Source of the DNA: Candidatus Pacearchaeota archaeon
GTDB taxonomy: Archaea; Nanobdellota; Nanobdellia; Pacearchaeales; GW2011-AR1
Length of the DNA: 64,000 bases
Assembly: GCA_023136775.1 (NCBI GenBank)
Contig: JAGLQO010000011.1
Span: forward strand, 34,528-98,527
Direction of reading: 5' to 3'
Within the stretch, counting starts at the first letter, position 1; each line of letters starts with the position of its first letter. Below the pieces are notes generated by a model, which saw only the letters and a list, made by a program, of their open reading frames with translations, did not search any database and was not told where the DNA came from. Of this stretch, positions 42,501-51,748 are shown piece by piece. The position numbers and the translations under genes were made by a program.

Positions 42501-43316
42501 ATGAGGGGGATAGGAATAGTATTTTGTCTTATAATTTTTTTTATGAGCTTTGTCGCTAGTGCTACAGAGATGACTTGTGCTATATTTGAAGACGAAACTT
42601 TTGTAACAATTAATTCCGAAAATGACGAGGTTATTATGTTGCCTGAGAAATATTCTCAGCTAATTTCTCACGATGATTTTGAAGTACGGGATAATGAAAT
42701 TCTCATTAGCAATGGTATCATTAAATTTACTACTAAAGATTATGTAAAAAAAGTGAACGACGAACAATTGTTTGTTTTGCCAAAAATAACAAAGTCTAAT
42801 TCCGATATAAAAGTTATCCTTCCTCAAAACTATATTTTATCAAACAATTTAGTCTATCCAAAAAATTATGAATTGTCAACGAATGGGAAAAACATGATTT
42901 TAACTTGGAAAAATAATTCCGAAGAAATAATTATTTTTTATAAGGGAACAATGGATTCTAATCTTCTCTATTATATTATAATAATATTCTCATTGACGGC
43001 TGCCATATTTATTTTATTTATACAGCAAAAAAGATTTACCGAAAAATTAAAAGAAATGAAATTGAGACAAAAAAAGAAAATAGAAAAGATAAAGGAAACT
43101 AAAGTTATTCAAATGACAAAAAATCTTTTTGGTGACGAAAAGAAAATAATTGAGTTCTTATTGACGACAGAAAATAAATCTTGCTGGACTAAGGAATTAG
43201 TTAAAGTACTTGGAATTTCAAAAGTTAAACTTAGTAGAAAAATTAGAGCGTTGATAGAAAAAGAATTAATCAGGAAAGAAAAATTCGGAAATGAAAATAA
43301 AATAACTTTAAACTAG
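42501..43316 (+). CDS. Membrane protein: extracytoplasmic N-terminal domain, one TM helix, cytoplasmic winged-helix domain
   Basis: Signal/TM segment at the N-terminus, TM helix LLYYIIIIFSLTAAIFILFI, then ..KKIIEFLLTTENKSCWTKELVKVLGISKVKLSRKIRALIEKELIRKEKFGNENKITL. Confidence 0.5.
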   Translation: MRGIGIVFCLIIFFMSFVASATEMTCAIFEDETFVTINSENDEVIMLPEKYSQLISHDDFEVRDNEILISNGIIKFTTKDYVKKVNDEQLFVLPKITKSNSDIKVILPQNYILSNNLVYPKNYELSTNGKNMILTWKNNSEEIIIFYKGTMDSNLLYYIIIIFSLTAAIFILFIQQKRFTEKLKEMKLRQKKKIEKIKETKVIQMTKNLFGDEKKIIEFLLTTENKSCWTKELVKVLGISKVKLSRKIRALIEKELIRKEKFGNENKITLN

Positions 43317-43459
43317 TTTCATCTTGTTTCACGTACCAATTATATATACTTTTTTGTTAAATAAATTATGAAACCATACTATATTCAAAGAAATTGGGAT
43401 GAACTCGGGAGAGTAATATGCAATTTTTTGATAAATATTAATGAAAGGAGGTTTACAAA

Positions 43460-44560
43460 ATGAAAAAAATAATTACACTATTTTTGACAGTATTCTTATT
43501 AGTTGGAACTTTAGGCTTTGCTTTTGCCGAAGAAAATATCACAAATGATAATTCCACTGAAACTGGGGATGACGCTGAAAATGTAACTGATGATACTGAA
43601 GAGGACGAATTTGAAGAGGAAGCTGAGGAGGAATTTGAAGAAGTTGAAATTCCAGAAGCTAAAAGAACTGGATTCTTTAAAAGAATGAGATTTGCTTTTA
43701 CTTTTAATAAAGAAAGAAAAATCGAAAGAGCTTTAGAGATTGCAGAAGAAAAACTAGCTTACGCTGATTTAATAGCTGAAGAAGATCTGGAAAAAGCTGA
43801 AAAGATTTACGCGGAATATGAAGAGTTTGTTAAAAGGGCTGAAGAAGTTTTGGAGAACATAGAATCTAGATCCAATGATGAGAATAAATCTTCTGAAGAT
43901 ATCGAGAAATTAGCTAGACTTCAAAATAAGTTCGAGAGACATGTAGAACATACTAATGCTATCTATACTAGAGCAATGAAAAGATTTGAGGCGAATAATG
44001 CTAGTCCTGAGAAGATTGCAAAATTCGAAAGTTTTCATATAAGAGCTAATAAGAAAAATAATGAATCTTTAGAAAAAGCCGTTGAAAAAATTGATGATGC
44101 TTTAAAGAAACATAAAGCTTTGACTGAAATGTCTGATGACGAACTTAAGGGTTTGATGAGTGACATAGAAGAAAAAGAAGGTATTGCTGAAGAAAGAGAG
44201 CTAAGGGAAGAAAGAACTGTAAAAAGAGTTGCGAATATTGTAAGAGCTAAGATTAAAGATTCTGACATGACTAATGACGAGAAAATTCAAATGAAAAAAA
44301 GGATTGAAAGCCAATTCAGGATTACTAATCAAATCAGAAAAGATTCTGATAGTAAAGAAGAATTTGAAAAAAAGGTAGAAGAGCGAATTGAGAATTCTGA
44401 CATGACTGATGAAGAAAAAAAATTAATTCTTAAGAAATTAGAGGATTTTAAAGAACTTGAAAGAGTTTCAACTGATCCCGAATCTCTTAATAATAAATTA
44501 GTAATTGCAAGAGATGCTATCGAAGATGAGCTGAGCAACAGAGCACCTAGTATAAATTAA
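43460..44560 (+). CDS. Secreted acidic coiled-coil protein
   Basis: Signal peptide MKKIITLFLTVFLLVGTLGFAFA. D/E-rich region and long heptad-like helical segments. Confidence 0.55.
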   Translation: MKKIITLFLTVFLLVGTLGFAFAEENITNDNSTETGDDAENVTDDTEEDEFEEEAEEEFEEVEIPEAKRTGFFKRMRFAFTFNKERKIERALEIAEEKLAYADLIAEEDLEKAEKIYAEYEEFVKRAEEVLENIESRSNDENKSSEDIEKLARLQNKFERHVEHTNAIYTRAMKRFEANNASPEKIAKFESFHIRANKKNNESLEKAVEKIDDALKKHKALTEMSDDELKGLMSDIEEKEGIAEERELREERTVKRVANIVRAKIKDSDMTNDEKIQMKKRIESQFRITNQIRKDSDSKEEFEKKVEERIENSDMTDEEKKLILKKLEDFKELERVSTDPESLNNKLVIARDAIEDELSNRAPSIN

Positions 44561-44589
44561 TTTAAAACAATTTTTTATTTTATTTTTTA

Positions 44590-44609
44590 TTGGGACCTTC
44601 GGGTCCCAA
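44590..44609. terminator. Bidirectional hairpin between convergent genes
   Basis: ttgggacc-ttcg-ggtcccaa, a perfect 8-bp GC-rich stem flanked by T-runs on both strands (tattttttat / caatttttta). Confidence 0.55.
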
Positions 44610-44617
44610 ACAATTTT

Positions 44618-45799
44618 TTAAGGAATTATTTCTGGACCAAAATATTTTTCATAATCAAAATCTGATTCTTTAATTACTTCTTTTTCTATTGCCTCATTTA
44701 TTCTAGGCATTATTTTTTGTATTTCTTTAATATAATATTTTATTGAATCACAAATTAAATCATCACCTTCTTTTGGCCAAAGTCCTGCTTTTCTCCAATA
44801 CATACAACGACCTCCACATAAATCCACAATTTCACAATTTTCACATTCATTCATATCTATTTTTTTTAATTCGCTTGGATTAATATCTAGGGTTCCTGTC
44901 TTAAAATCTTCTATGCTATTCATTATTGGACAAGCAACAACTTTTCCTGAAGTGGATATCGCATAACCAGAATGACCTGCTCCACATCTTATTTTTGTTG
45001 GCTCATTTTTTAAAATTGATTCTACAATTCCAACAAAGGGATAAAGCATTAAAACATTTCCTTGTTCAATTTCCTTGACCCAATATTCTAATAACTTTGA
45101 AATTGATTTATTGTATTCATCAAAGAATTTTTTTATTTTCTCTATTTCGAAATCTTCCTTGTAAAAACCCACGTCTAATTGCCAATGGACAGAATCGAAG
45201 ATTTTATCTTCGATTAGTGGGTAGTTTGTAGTTGGTAGCGGGGATAGGTTATTGCGCTCTTCTTTCACGCTTTTTGTTTTGAGGTTTATCAGATGTATGA
45301 CTTGCTCGTATAGGTCTGGGAATTCTTGGGCTATTGCCATTCTTGCAATTAATTCTCCTTCGTAACCGTTATTTTTTATTAGCTCTATATTTTTTATTAC
45401 TTTTTCGTATGTGCCTTTTCCTCTGTTATAATCTGTTCTTTCTTTATCTCCATCTAGAGAAATTAAAATTTTATCAATTCTATTCAAATATTTTGGTTCT
45501 AATGAGTTCAATAAAATTCCATTAGTTTGCATTCTGAATGGGACATCTATTTCATTCATGATTGTTTTAATTTTATCAATTTGTAAAAGAGGCTCTCCTC
45601 CGTAGAAAATAGTTACTGCGTCTTTGTCTTTTTCTATGAAAGATTTTAGTTTTTCTATTTTTATCTGTGAAACGCACGGCTCATTAAAATCAAAGCTGAA
45701 CTTTTCTTCCAAGCCATTGTCGAATTCGTCCATTGATTTTTCGTAACAATAACGACATTGAAGATTGCATTTTTCTGTTAGGATGATGTGGTAGTGCAT
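44618..45799 (-). CDS. Radical SAM/SPASM-domain enzyme (AF0577-like putative peptide- or protein-modifying maturase)
   Basis: CNLQCRYCY radical SAM cluster motif at residues 11-19. C-terminal cysteine cluster (CGAG.., CENCEIVDLCGGRC) typical of SPASM/twitch domains. Confidence 0.75.
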   Translation of the reverse strand: MHYHIILTEKCNLQCRYCYEKSMDEFDNGLEEKFSFDFNEPCVSQIKIEKLKSFIEKDKDAVTIFYGGEPLLQIDKIKTIMNEIDVPFRMQTNGILLNSLEPKYLNRIDKILISLDGDKERTDYNRGKGTYEKVIKNIELIKNNGYEGELIARMAIAQEFPDLYEQVIHLINLKTKSVKEERNNLSPLPTTNYPLIEDKIFDSVHWQLDVGFYKEDFEIEKIKKFFDEYNKSISKLLEYWVKEIEQGNVLMLYPFVGIVESILKNEPTKIRCGAGHSGYAISTSGKVVACPIMNSIEDFKTGTLDINPSELKKIDMNECENCEIVDLCGGRCMYWRKAGLWPKEGDDLICDSIKYYIKEIQKIMPRINEAIEKEVIKESDFDYEKYFGPEIIP

Positions 45800-45823
45800 A
45801 AAACAGATAAAAGGCGTTGCCTT

Positions 45824-46255
45824 TTAGGGCTTTTGGTTATCTATAAATTTGTTATAAGCTAATATTCCGCCATCTAAATCGTAAGCTGATTTAAGTCCTA
45901 ACTCTTTCATTATTTCTAAATTTAACCCACTTCTTCTTCCTGATCTGCAATATGTAAGATATGTTCTACTTTTATCCAGCTTATCTAAGTCTTCTCTATA
46001 AGACTCGTTATAAAAATCTAAATTAATTGCTCCATCCAAATGAAACTTTTCGAATTCTTCTTGTGTTCTAATATCTAAAAATATCACACCTTCACTTCTT
46101 GATAAATCCAACCAATCTTTCACATTGATAATTTTTAAATTTGTCTCTTCTATATCGCAATTCTGACATTTACCAAAAGGCAAAAAAGAAATAGCCAAAA
46201 TAATAATAATTAAAGCTAAAGTTACAAAACTAATTTCTACATGTTTCTTTCTCAT
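45824..46255 (-). CDS. Membrane-anchored rhodanese-domain sulfurtransferase
   Basis: N-terminal TM helix. FLDIRTQEEF.. and active-site loop YCRSGRRS. Confidence 0.7.
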   Translation of the reverse strand: MRKKHVEISFVTLALIIIILAISFLPFGKCQNCDIEETNLKIINVKDWLDLSRSEGVIFLDIRTQEEFEKFHLDGAINLDFYNESYREDLDKLDKSRTYLTYCRSGRRSGLNLEIMKELGLKSAYDLDGGILAYNKFIDNQKP

Positions 46256-46303
46256 AATAGAAATACAAAAACAGTTATTATAAATATTGCCGAATATTAT
46301 TAA

Positions 46304-46420
46304 TTACAACTCATCCGCAAATGTGAAACTGTCATTCGTCTTCGGCTTACCTGTCTCTATTAATTCCAAGAAATGAGAAGGTTGCTCATATATCAAAAAA
46401 TTTTCTGGTTCAGTTACAAC
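46304..46420 (-). pseudogene. 3' remnant of a UvrD-like helicase gene, paralogous to the end of 48837..50768
   Basis: Minus-strand translation ..ENFLIYEQPSHFLELIETGKPKTNDSFTFADEL* compared with the helicase C-terminus ..SFRMEQPSHFLELIETGKSKMNEGFMSADELEGC*. No start codon or upstream helicase motifs. Confidence 0.65.
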
Positions 46421-46533
46421 ACACTCATTTTCGAATGAGTGAATTTCTTTGGGGAAATTCTGCAAGGCGGAATCTCTAAATCCTTGTTAAATTCTTTTCT
46501 CATACGCAGTGTGGGAAAATTTCATCCGAAACG

Positions 46534-46593
46534 TTTTTTCAGAGGGCGTTCTATCAAGCGAGCAATCAAGAACAAGAATTAAGGGGCACATTA
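46534..46593 (+). repeat. Left arm of the inverted repeat bracketing the metallophosphoesterase gene
   Basis: ttttttcagagggc (46534-46547) and aaggggcacatta (46581-46593) are exact reverse complements of 47176-47189 and 47156-47168. Confidence 0.8.
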
Positions 46594-47106
46594 TTCAAAC
46601 TTAATAATTTCAGCTTTATTGTTATTTGTATCATATAAAGCAATAGTTAATTCATGATTAATATCTTCATTTTTAATTCCACAAGTAGAACCAGGATTTA
46701 TGTGAATGGTTTTTTCAATATTTTCTATTTTAGCTAAATGACTATCTCCAGATAAAACCAAGTCATATTTTTCTGATGAGATTGCAGAATTAATTTCTTT
46801 TTTGTTTTTTCCATGGCAAAGGAAAAATTTTTGATTATCAAATTTCAATTCTGCTGTTTCACCTACAAATTCAACATTTACCCCAAAAAGTTTAACTTTT
46901 TCAGGATATCTATATCTATCATGTTCATTATTTCCAAATATTGATATGATCTTTGAATTTGAATGTTTACAAAATCGAAGCATAAAAGGAGAAACCCAAT
47001 CACCAAGATGAAGAATTAAATCAACTTTTTTCTTATTAAAAATATTGAAAGCTTTAATCATGTTGTTTGCGCTATCATGAGTATCTGAAATTATTCCAAT
47101 TAACAT
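46591..47106 (-). CDS. YfcE/MJ0936-family metallophosphoesterase
   Basis: IGIISDTHD, HLGDW, GNNEHD, CHGK, GDSH motifs in canonical order. Confidence 0.8.
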   Translation of the reverse strand: MLIGIISDTHDSANNMIKAFNIFNKKKVDLILHLGDWVSPFMLRFCKHSNSKIISIFGNNEHDRYRYPEKVKLFGVNVEFVGETAELKFDNQKFFLCHGKNKKEINSAISSEKYDLVLSGDSHLAKIENIEKTIHINPGSTCGIKNEDINHELTIALYDTNNNKAEIIKFE

Positions 47107-47155
47107 ATAATTAATAAGTAATGTGAAAGATATAAAAAAGTATCGTTAATGTGCC

Positions 47156-47189
47156 CCTTCTCTTTTGCCCTCTGAAAAAATGGAATTTA
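47156..47189 (+). repeat. Right arm of the inverted repeat bracketing the metallophosphoesterase gene
   Basis: taatgtgcccctt and gccctctgaaaaaa. See the left arm. Confidence 0.8.
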
Positions 47190-47424
47190 ACATTCGCATT
47201 ATGAGAAGTTCGCGAAGCGAAGCCGAGAGCCTGCAAGGCGTGGCAAGGAGCAAAGCGACGCAGAGTTTACAATCTTCGAAAATTCTTTGATATCGTAGTT
47301 GCTGAAAATTGTCTTTAAAATTGTCGTTAGTGGTGGAAAGAGCGCGCTTTTTTGCCTTCTTTTTTTTAAAAAAGAAGTTGGGCACTTTCGTTAATTTATT
47401 AAACGATTAGGAATAACTTAAACT

Positions 47425-48078
47425 ATGTTTAATATATTTTTTTGTGGGAGTAGAAAAAAGAAAAGAATTGCAATAACTTTTGATGATGGTCCATCAAAGG
47501 AAACAGAAAAAGTTTTAGACTTTTTGAAAAAATATGATGCGAAAGCAACTTTTTTTATTTGGGGAGAAAGAATTAAAGGGAGAGAGAAAACAATTGAGAG
47601 AATAAAAAAAGAGGGATATGAATTTGGAAATCATACTTTTTCACATAAAAGAATGTGGTTTAAATCAAGGAAATTTATGATAGAAGATATTCAAAAATGT
47701 GATGACGAATTAAATAAATTCGGAATTAAAACAAATTTATTTAGATTTCCAGGATTTAAGTTTGGATTAAATTCTTTAATCGTTTGCTGGAAATTAAAAA
47801 AGAAAATGATTTTTGCAAATATGGTTTCAAACGATTGGCTAAATCCTTGGTTAAAAATGAAATACAATAAAAAGGAACCAGTGAAAATCGATAAACCTAT
47901 TAAGAAAACTTTATCAAAAACAAAAAATGGTTCAATTTTGAATTTTCATGATTATTTAGAAGGAATTGGGAATCATGAAGAAATAATCCCAATCATGGAA
48001 AAAATTCTTCCAAAATTAAAAGAAAAAGGATTTGAATTCGTGACAATTTCTGATTTGTTGTTTGAAAGTGCCAAATAA
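47425..48078 (+). CDS. Polysaccharide deacetylase (NodB homology domain)
   Basis: ITFDDGPS, FFIWGE, GNHTFSH motifs. Confidence 0.8.
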   Translation: MFNIFFCGSRKKKRIAITFDDGPSKETEKVLDFLKKYDAKATFFIWGERIKGREKTIERIKKEGYEFGNHTFSHKRMWFKSRKFMIEDIQKCDDELNKFGIKTNLFRFPGFKFGLNSLIVCWKLKKKMIFANMVSNDWLNPWLKMKYNKKEPVKIDKPIKKTLSKTKNGSILNFHDYLEGIGNHEEIIPIMEKILPKLKEKGFEFVTISDLLFESAK

Positions 48079-48264
48079 ATAATTTCGGCGAAGCCGACTA
48101 TCTGTTTTCGTAGAAAACTCGCGCGCTCTTTCCGTGGGAGTTAGGTAGACAATTTTGGTTTTTTATTTTCAGCAATTTCGTTTAACGCTCCAATGCGAAA
48201 TTATAAAAACGAATAAACGAAAGCAAAGACTTAAATAATTCTTACTATTCTTACTATTAAGAAA

Positions 48265-48519
48265 ATGGAAGTACAAGAAATTAAAACAGCAACAATAACA
48301 AGTAAAGGACAAATTTGTATTCCAAGCACTGCAAGGAATTTGCCAGGATTTAGAGAAGGATCAAAAATCATTATTACAGTCTATTCAGATAGGGTCGAGC
48401 TAAAACCACTTAAGCAAAAAGGAATGAGTGATTCTCTTATGTGTACGCTAGCGAGTGAAGAAGCTCTGTCTAGAAATTGGTTGTCGCCAGAGGATGAAGA
48501 AGCATGGAAAGACTTGTAA
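48265..48519 (+). CDS. mazE: AbrB/MazE-family antitoxin
   Basis: ATITSKGQICIPSTAR swapped-hairpin motif. 16-nt overlap with the downstream toxin ORF. Confidence 0.7.
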   Translation: MEVQEIKTATITSKGQICIPSTARNLPGFREGSKIIITVYSDRVELKPLKQKGMSDSLMCTLASEEALSRNWLSPEDEEAWKDL

Positions 48520-48836
48520 AAGGAGACGTTGTGGTTCTCCCATTTCCATATACTGATTTATCTGGAGCAAAAAAAAGACCTGCGGTTGTAATAGCTGCAC
48601 TAAAAGAAAATAATGTCATACTGGCACAAATTACCACAGTACACAGGAGAGATAAAGATTCAATCAGCTTAACAAAAAGAGATTTTGCCACGGGTTCTTT
48701 AAGTCATGATAGCCTAATAACCACATCTCTTATTTTTACATCAGACTCCTCTAGAATAAGTTACAAAGTTGGAGCCTTAACTAATTTAAAAATAAAACAG
48801 ATAGAACAAAAACTTTGTGAAATATTTACCAGATAA
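48504..48836 (+). CDS. mazF: PemK/MazF-family endoribonuclease toxin
   Basis: KGDVVVLPFPYTDLSGAKKRPAVVI N-terminal signature of MazF/PemK. Confidence 0.75.
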   Translation: MERLVKGDVVVLPFPYTDLSGAKKRPAVVIAALKENNVILAQITTVHRRDKDSISLTKRDFATGSLSHDSLITTSLIFTSDSSRISYKVGALTNLKIKQIEQKLCEIFTR

Positions 48837-50768
48837 TCAACAACCCTCCAACTCATCAGCACTCATAAAACCTTCATTCATCTTCGACTTACCTGTCTCG
48901 ATTAACTCTAGGAAATGCGAAGGCTGTTCCATTCTAAAAGACTTACTACAAGTAATATGTAAATTATCTTTAGCTCTGGAAACTGCAACATAAAATAATC
49001 TTAATTCACTATCTCGTTTTGCGTCTGATAATTCCATTTTATAAAACGGCAAAGTTCTTTCGTTTACTGAGGCTATAAAAACATGCTTCCATTCTAATCC
49101 TTTTGCTCCATGGATTGTTGTTAGGACAACTTTTCCAGAAGTAACTTCACGTTTATCTGTTTCCATTATCGAATCTAAAAATCCAATTATATCTTCATTC
49201 CCATTCATGTCCTGAAATAATTTTTGAAATACTCTTAAATTTTCAAACTTATCAGAAAGTTTTGATTCTTGTTTTGCATATTTGTTAGCCAGAATATCCA
49301 AATAACCGAATTTATTTATGAATAAATCTACTGCATTTGAATTATCATCCATCAAGCATTCTTTTAGAATTTGAATTCTTTCTAACGACTCTGGTCTAAC
49401 TTTTAGTTCTGTTGCAAAATCCAAACATTCCACTAAAGACATATCATTTTTGTTAGCTAGATAAATAAATTTCTCAATTTTAATTTTGCCAATCCCCTCT
49501 ATTAGTCCTACAATTCTTTCAAAATCTATAGCAGAAAATGCGTTAACTTTTAATTTTAAAAATGATATCATGTCTTTAATTTCTTCCCTATCGAAAAAGT
49601 CAACCGACCTTGACAGATGACAAGGGATTTGTCTTTTTAGCAATTCTCGCTGAATCATTTTCCCAACAAAGTTCGTTCTAAAAAGAACAGCCATGTCTTC
49701 AAATTTTTCTCCATATTCAACTCTCGATTCAATCTTATCGGCGATTCTTTCTATTTCATCAAATTGCCCTCCACAAATATCTATCGTAACCCGATTTCCT
49801 TCTGCTCTTGTCAAGACCAATTCTTTATCAATTTTATTTTTCATTGAATCAATAATGTTATTTACTGATTTTATTATGTGAGAAGTTGAACGGTAATTTT
49901 CTTTCAAGGTAATTTCGTTTTCGTTTTCTCTAAATTTGAAAACTAAGTCATTACTTGAACCTCGCCATTCATAAATATTTTGACAATCGTCGCCTATAAG
50001 GCATAAATTATTATTCTCCAAAAGTTCTAGAATTTTCATTTGTACTACATTTAAATCTTGAGCTTCATCGACCATGATTGATTTGAAATTATTTTTATAC
50101 TCATTTCTAATTTCATCATTATCATTAAATAATTTATAAGTCAGCATCAAAACTTCGTCAAAATCCATTAGATTTTTTTCTTCCAAATATTTTTGATACA
50201 TTTTGTAAACATGATTAACTTTACTTCTCCAAGATGCATCAATCACAACTAATTCATCATCCATTAATTCACTTATTTGCCCAGAACTTTTTAACTCATC
50301 AATTCCACCTTCCCATGAAAGCGAATCTGCAAAAATACATCTACTTTTAAATTTTGAAATCCATCCAGAAAAATAACGAACCGCATTTGCATTTGGATTA
50401 ATTCCAATATTTTTTATTATACCTTTTAAAATTTGATTTGTTTCTTTTCTGTCGGTCATCAGTGTTGCTTCAATTTCTCCAAAAACTAGCTTTTTATTAT
50501 CTCTTAAAATTCTTAAAAAAATGGAATGCATTGTTCCGACAAATGGAGAAATTTTATTTGTTCTTTTTGAGATTTTGTTAATCATATCTTTCGCCGCTTT
50601 ATTTGTAAAAGTTGTCATTATAATCTCATCTGGTCGAACACCCGAATCCAAAAGTCGCAAATATCTTTCAACTATCGTTGTCGTTTTCCCTGTTCCAGCA
50701 CTTGCTATAATTAATAAATTTCCAGTTAGGATATTTGCAGCCTTTTGTTGCTCTTGATTAAGTTCCAT
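48837..50768 (-). CDS. UvrD/Rep/PcrA-family superfamily 1 DNA helicase
   Basis: IASAGTGKTT (motif I), MVDEAQDLN (II), YRSTSHI (IV), TIHGAKGLEW (V), FYVAVSRAK (VI). Confidence 0.85.
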   Translation of the reverse strand: MELNQEQQKAANILTGNLLIIASAGTGKTTTIVERYLRLLDSGVRPDEIIMTTFTNKAAKDMINKISKRTNKISPFVGTMHSIFLRILRDNKKLVFGEIEATLMTDRKETNQILKGIIKNIGINPNANAVRYFSGWISKFKSRCIFADSLSWEGGIDELKSSGQISELMDDELVVIDASWRSKVNHVYKMYQKYLEEKNLMDFDEVLMLTYKLFNDNDEIRNEYKNNFKSIMVDEAQDLNVVQMKILELLENNNLCLIGDDCQNIYEWRGSSNDLVFKFRENENEITLKENYRSTSHIIKSVNNIIDSMKNKIDKELVLTRAEGNRVTIDICGGQFDEIERIADKIESRVEYGEKFEDMAVLFRTNFVGKMIQRELLKRQIPCHLSRSVDFFDREEIKDMISFLKLKVNAFSAIDFERIVGLIEGIGKIKIEKFIYLANKNDMSLVECLDFATELKVRPESLERIQILKECLMDDNSNAVDLFINKFGYLDILANKYAKQESKLSDKFENLRVFQKLFQDMNGNEDIIGFLDSIMETDKREVTSGKVVLTTIHGAKGLEWKHVFIASVNERTLPFYKMELSDAKRDSELRLFYVAVSRAKDNLHITCSKSFRMEQPSHFLELIETGKSKMNEGFMSADELEGC

Positions 50769-50824
50769 TTATTGAAAAATTCAGTGAAGTATATAAGTCT
50801 TCATAGCAACTTATTAGTGAAATG

Positions 50825-50965
50825 AGAATTTAGAACAGGAGACAATTTTGCTCGCAGATTTTGGGGATTTAACGGATTCAAGACAGGAAAAAAGGGCAAT
50901 TTTTTAGCTCACGGATTTTCACGGATGCTTTCAGCATTCACGGATTAAAGGCAGAAAACAGGAAA
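50825..50965 (+). repeat. Family A element A6
   Basis: ttgctcgcagatt.., agctcacggattttcacggatgctttcagcattcacggatt (50907-50946; hairpin ggatgct-ttc-agcattc). Confidence 0.7.
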
Positions 50966-51097
50966 GCAGATTGATCTCAAACGGTATAAACCTCAGGTGA
51001 ACTCGTTCATGAATCCGAAACAGAGAAGAAGAGTTTTTATGTAATTGAATGTTGGGGCTTTAGTCAATTATATAAGTGAGATTTTCTATTTTTAGTT

Positions 51098-51670
51098 ATG
51101 AAGATTTGTGAAGATGTTTATAAAATTCCTGGGGACTCAAATGTTTATTTAATTTTAAGGCCAGAGCCTACTTTGATTGATACTAGTGATTCAGCTGATT
51201 CTGTTTATATTAAATCTGAGATTGAAAAGATAATTCCTGTTGAGAAAATAAAAAACGTAATGCTAACTCACTTGCATTATGACCATGCTGGAAATGTTGA
51301 ACTTTTTCCTAATGCTAAATTTTATGCTGACGAAAAAGAAATTGAGAATTATAAAAATTCATCTAAAGATTTTTTCTTTCATGATATTTCTGTAAAGACT
51401 GATGAAATATTGAGAGAGAAATTGATTCCTTTAAATGATGAAATAATTGGATTAAAAGTTATTGAATGTCCTGGGCATACTCGTGGCAGCGTTGCATTTT
51501 TAGACGAGAAAAGAAAATTATTATTTTCTGGGGATACAATTTTTACAAATGGGATTGGTCGTACCGATTTTGATAACTCCTTGCCTGAAGAGATGCGGAC
51601 GAGCGTTGAGAAGTTAGTTAAAGAGGTTCGGGAAGGTAAATTGACTTTGTTGTCTGGGCATGATTATTGA
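51098..51670 (+). CDS. MBL-fold metallo-hydrolase
   Basis: THLHYDHAGN (HxHxDH), CPGHTRGS, GDTIF. Confidence 0.8.
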   Translation: MKICEDVYKIPGDSNVYLILRPEPTLIDTSDSADSVYIKSEIEKIIPVEKIKNVMLTHLHYDHAGNVELFPNAKFYADEKEIENYKNSSKDFFFHDISVKTDEILREKLIPLNDEIIGLKVIECPGHTRGSVAFLDEKRKLLFSGDTIFTNGIGRTDFDNSLPEEMRTSVEKLVKEVREGKLTLLSGHDY

Positions 51671-51748
51671 AATAATATTTAGAAAATTATGAGTTATGCA
51701 TTTTCTATTTAGATTATTTTGCAGAAAACTTTATATACATATTGATAG

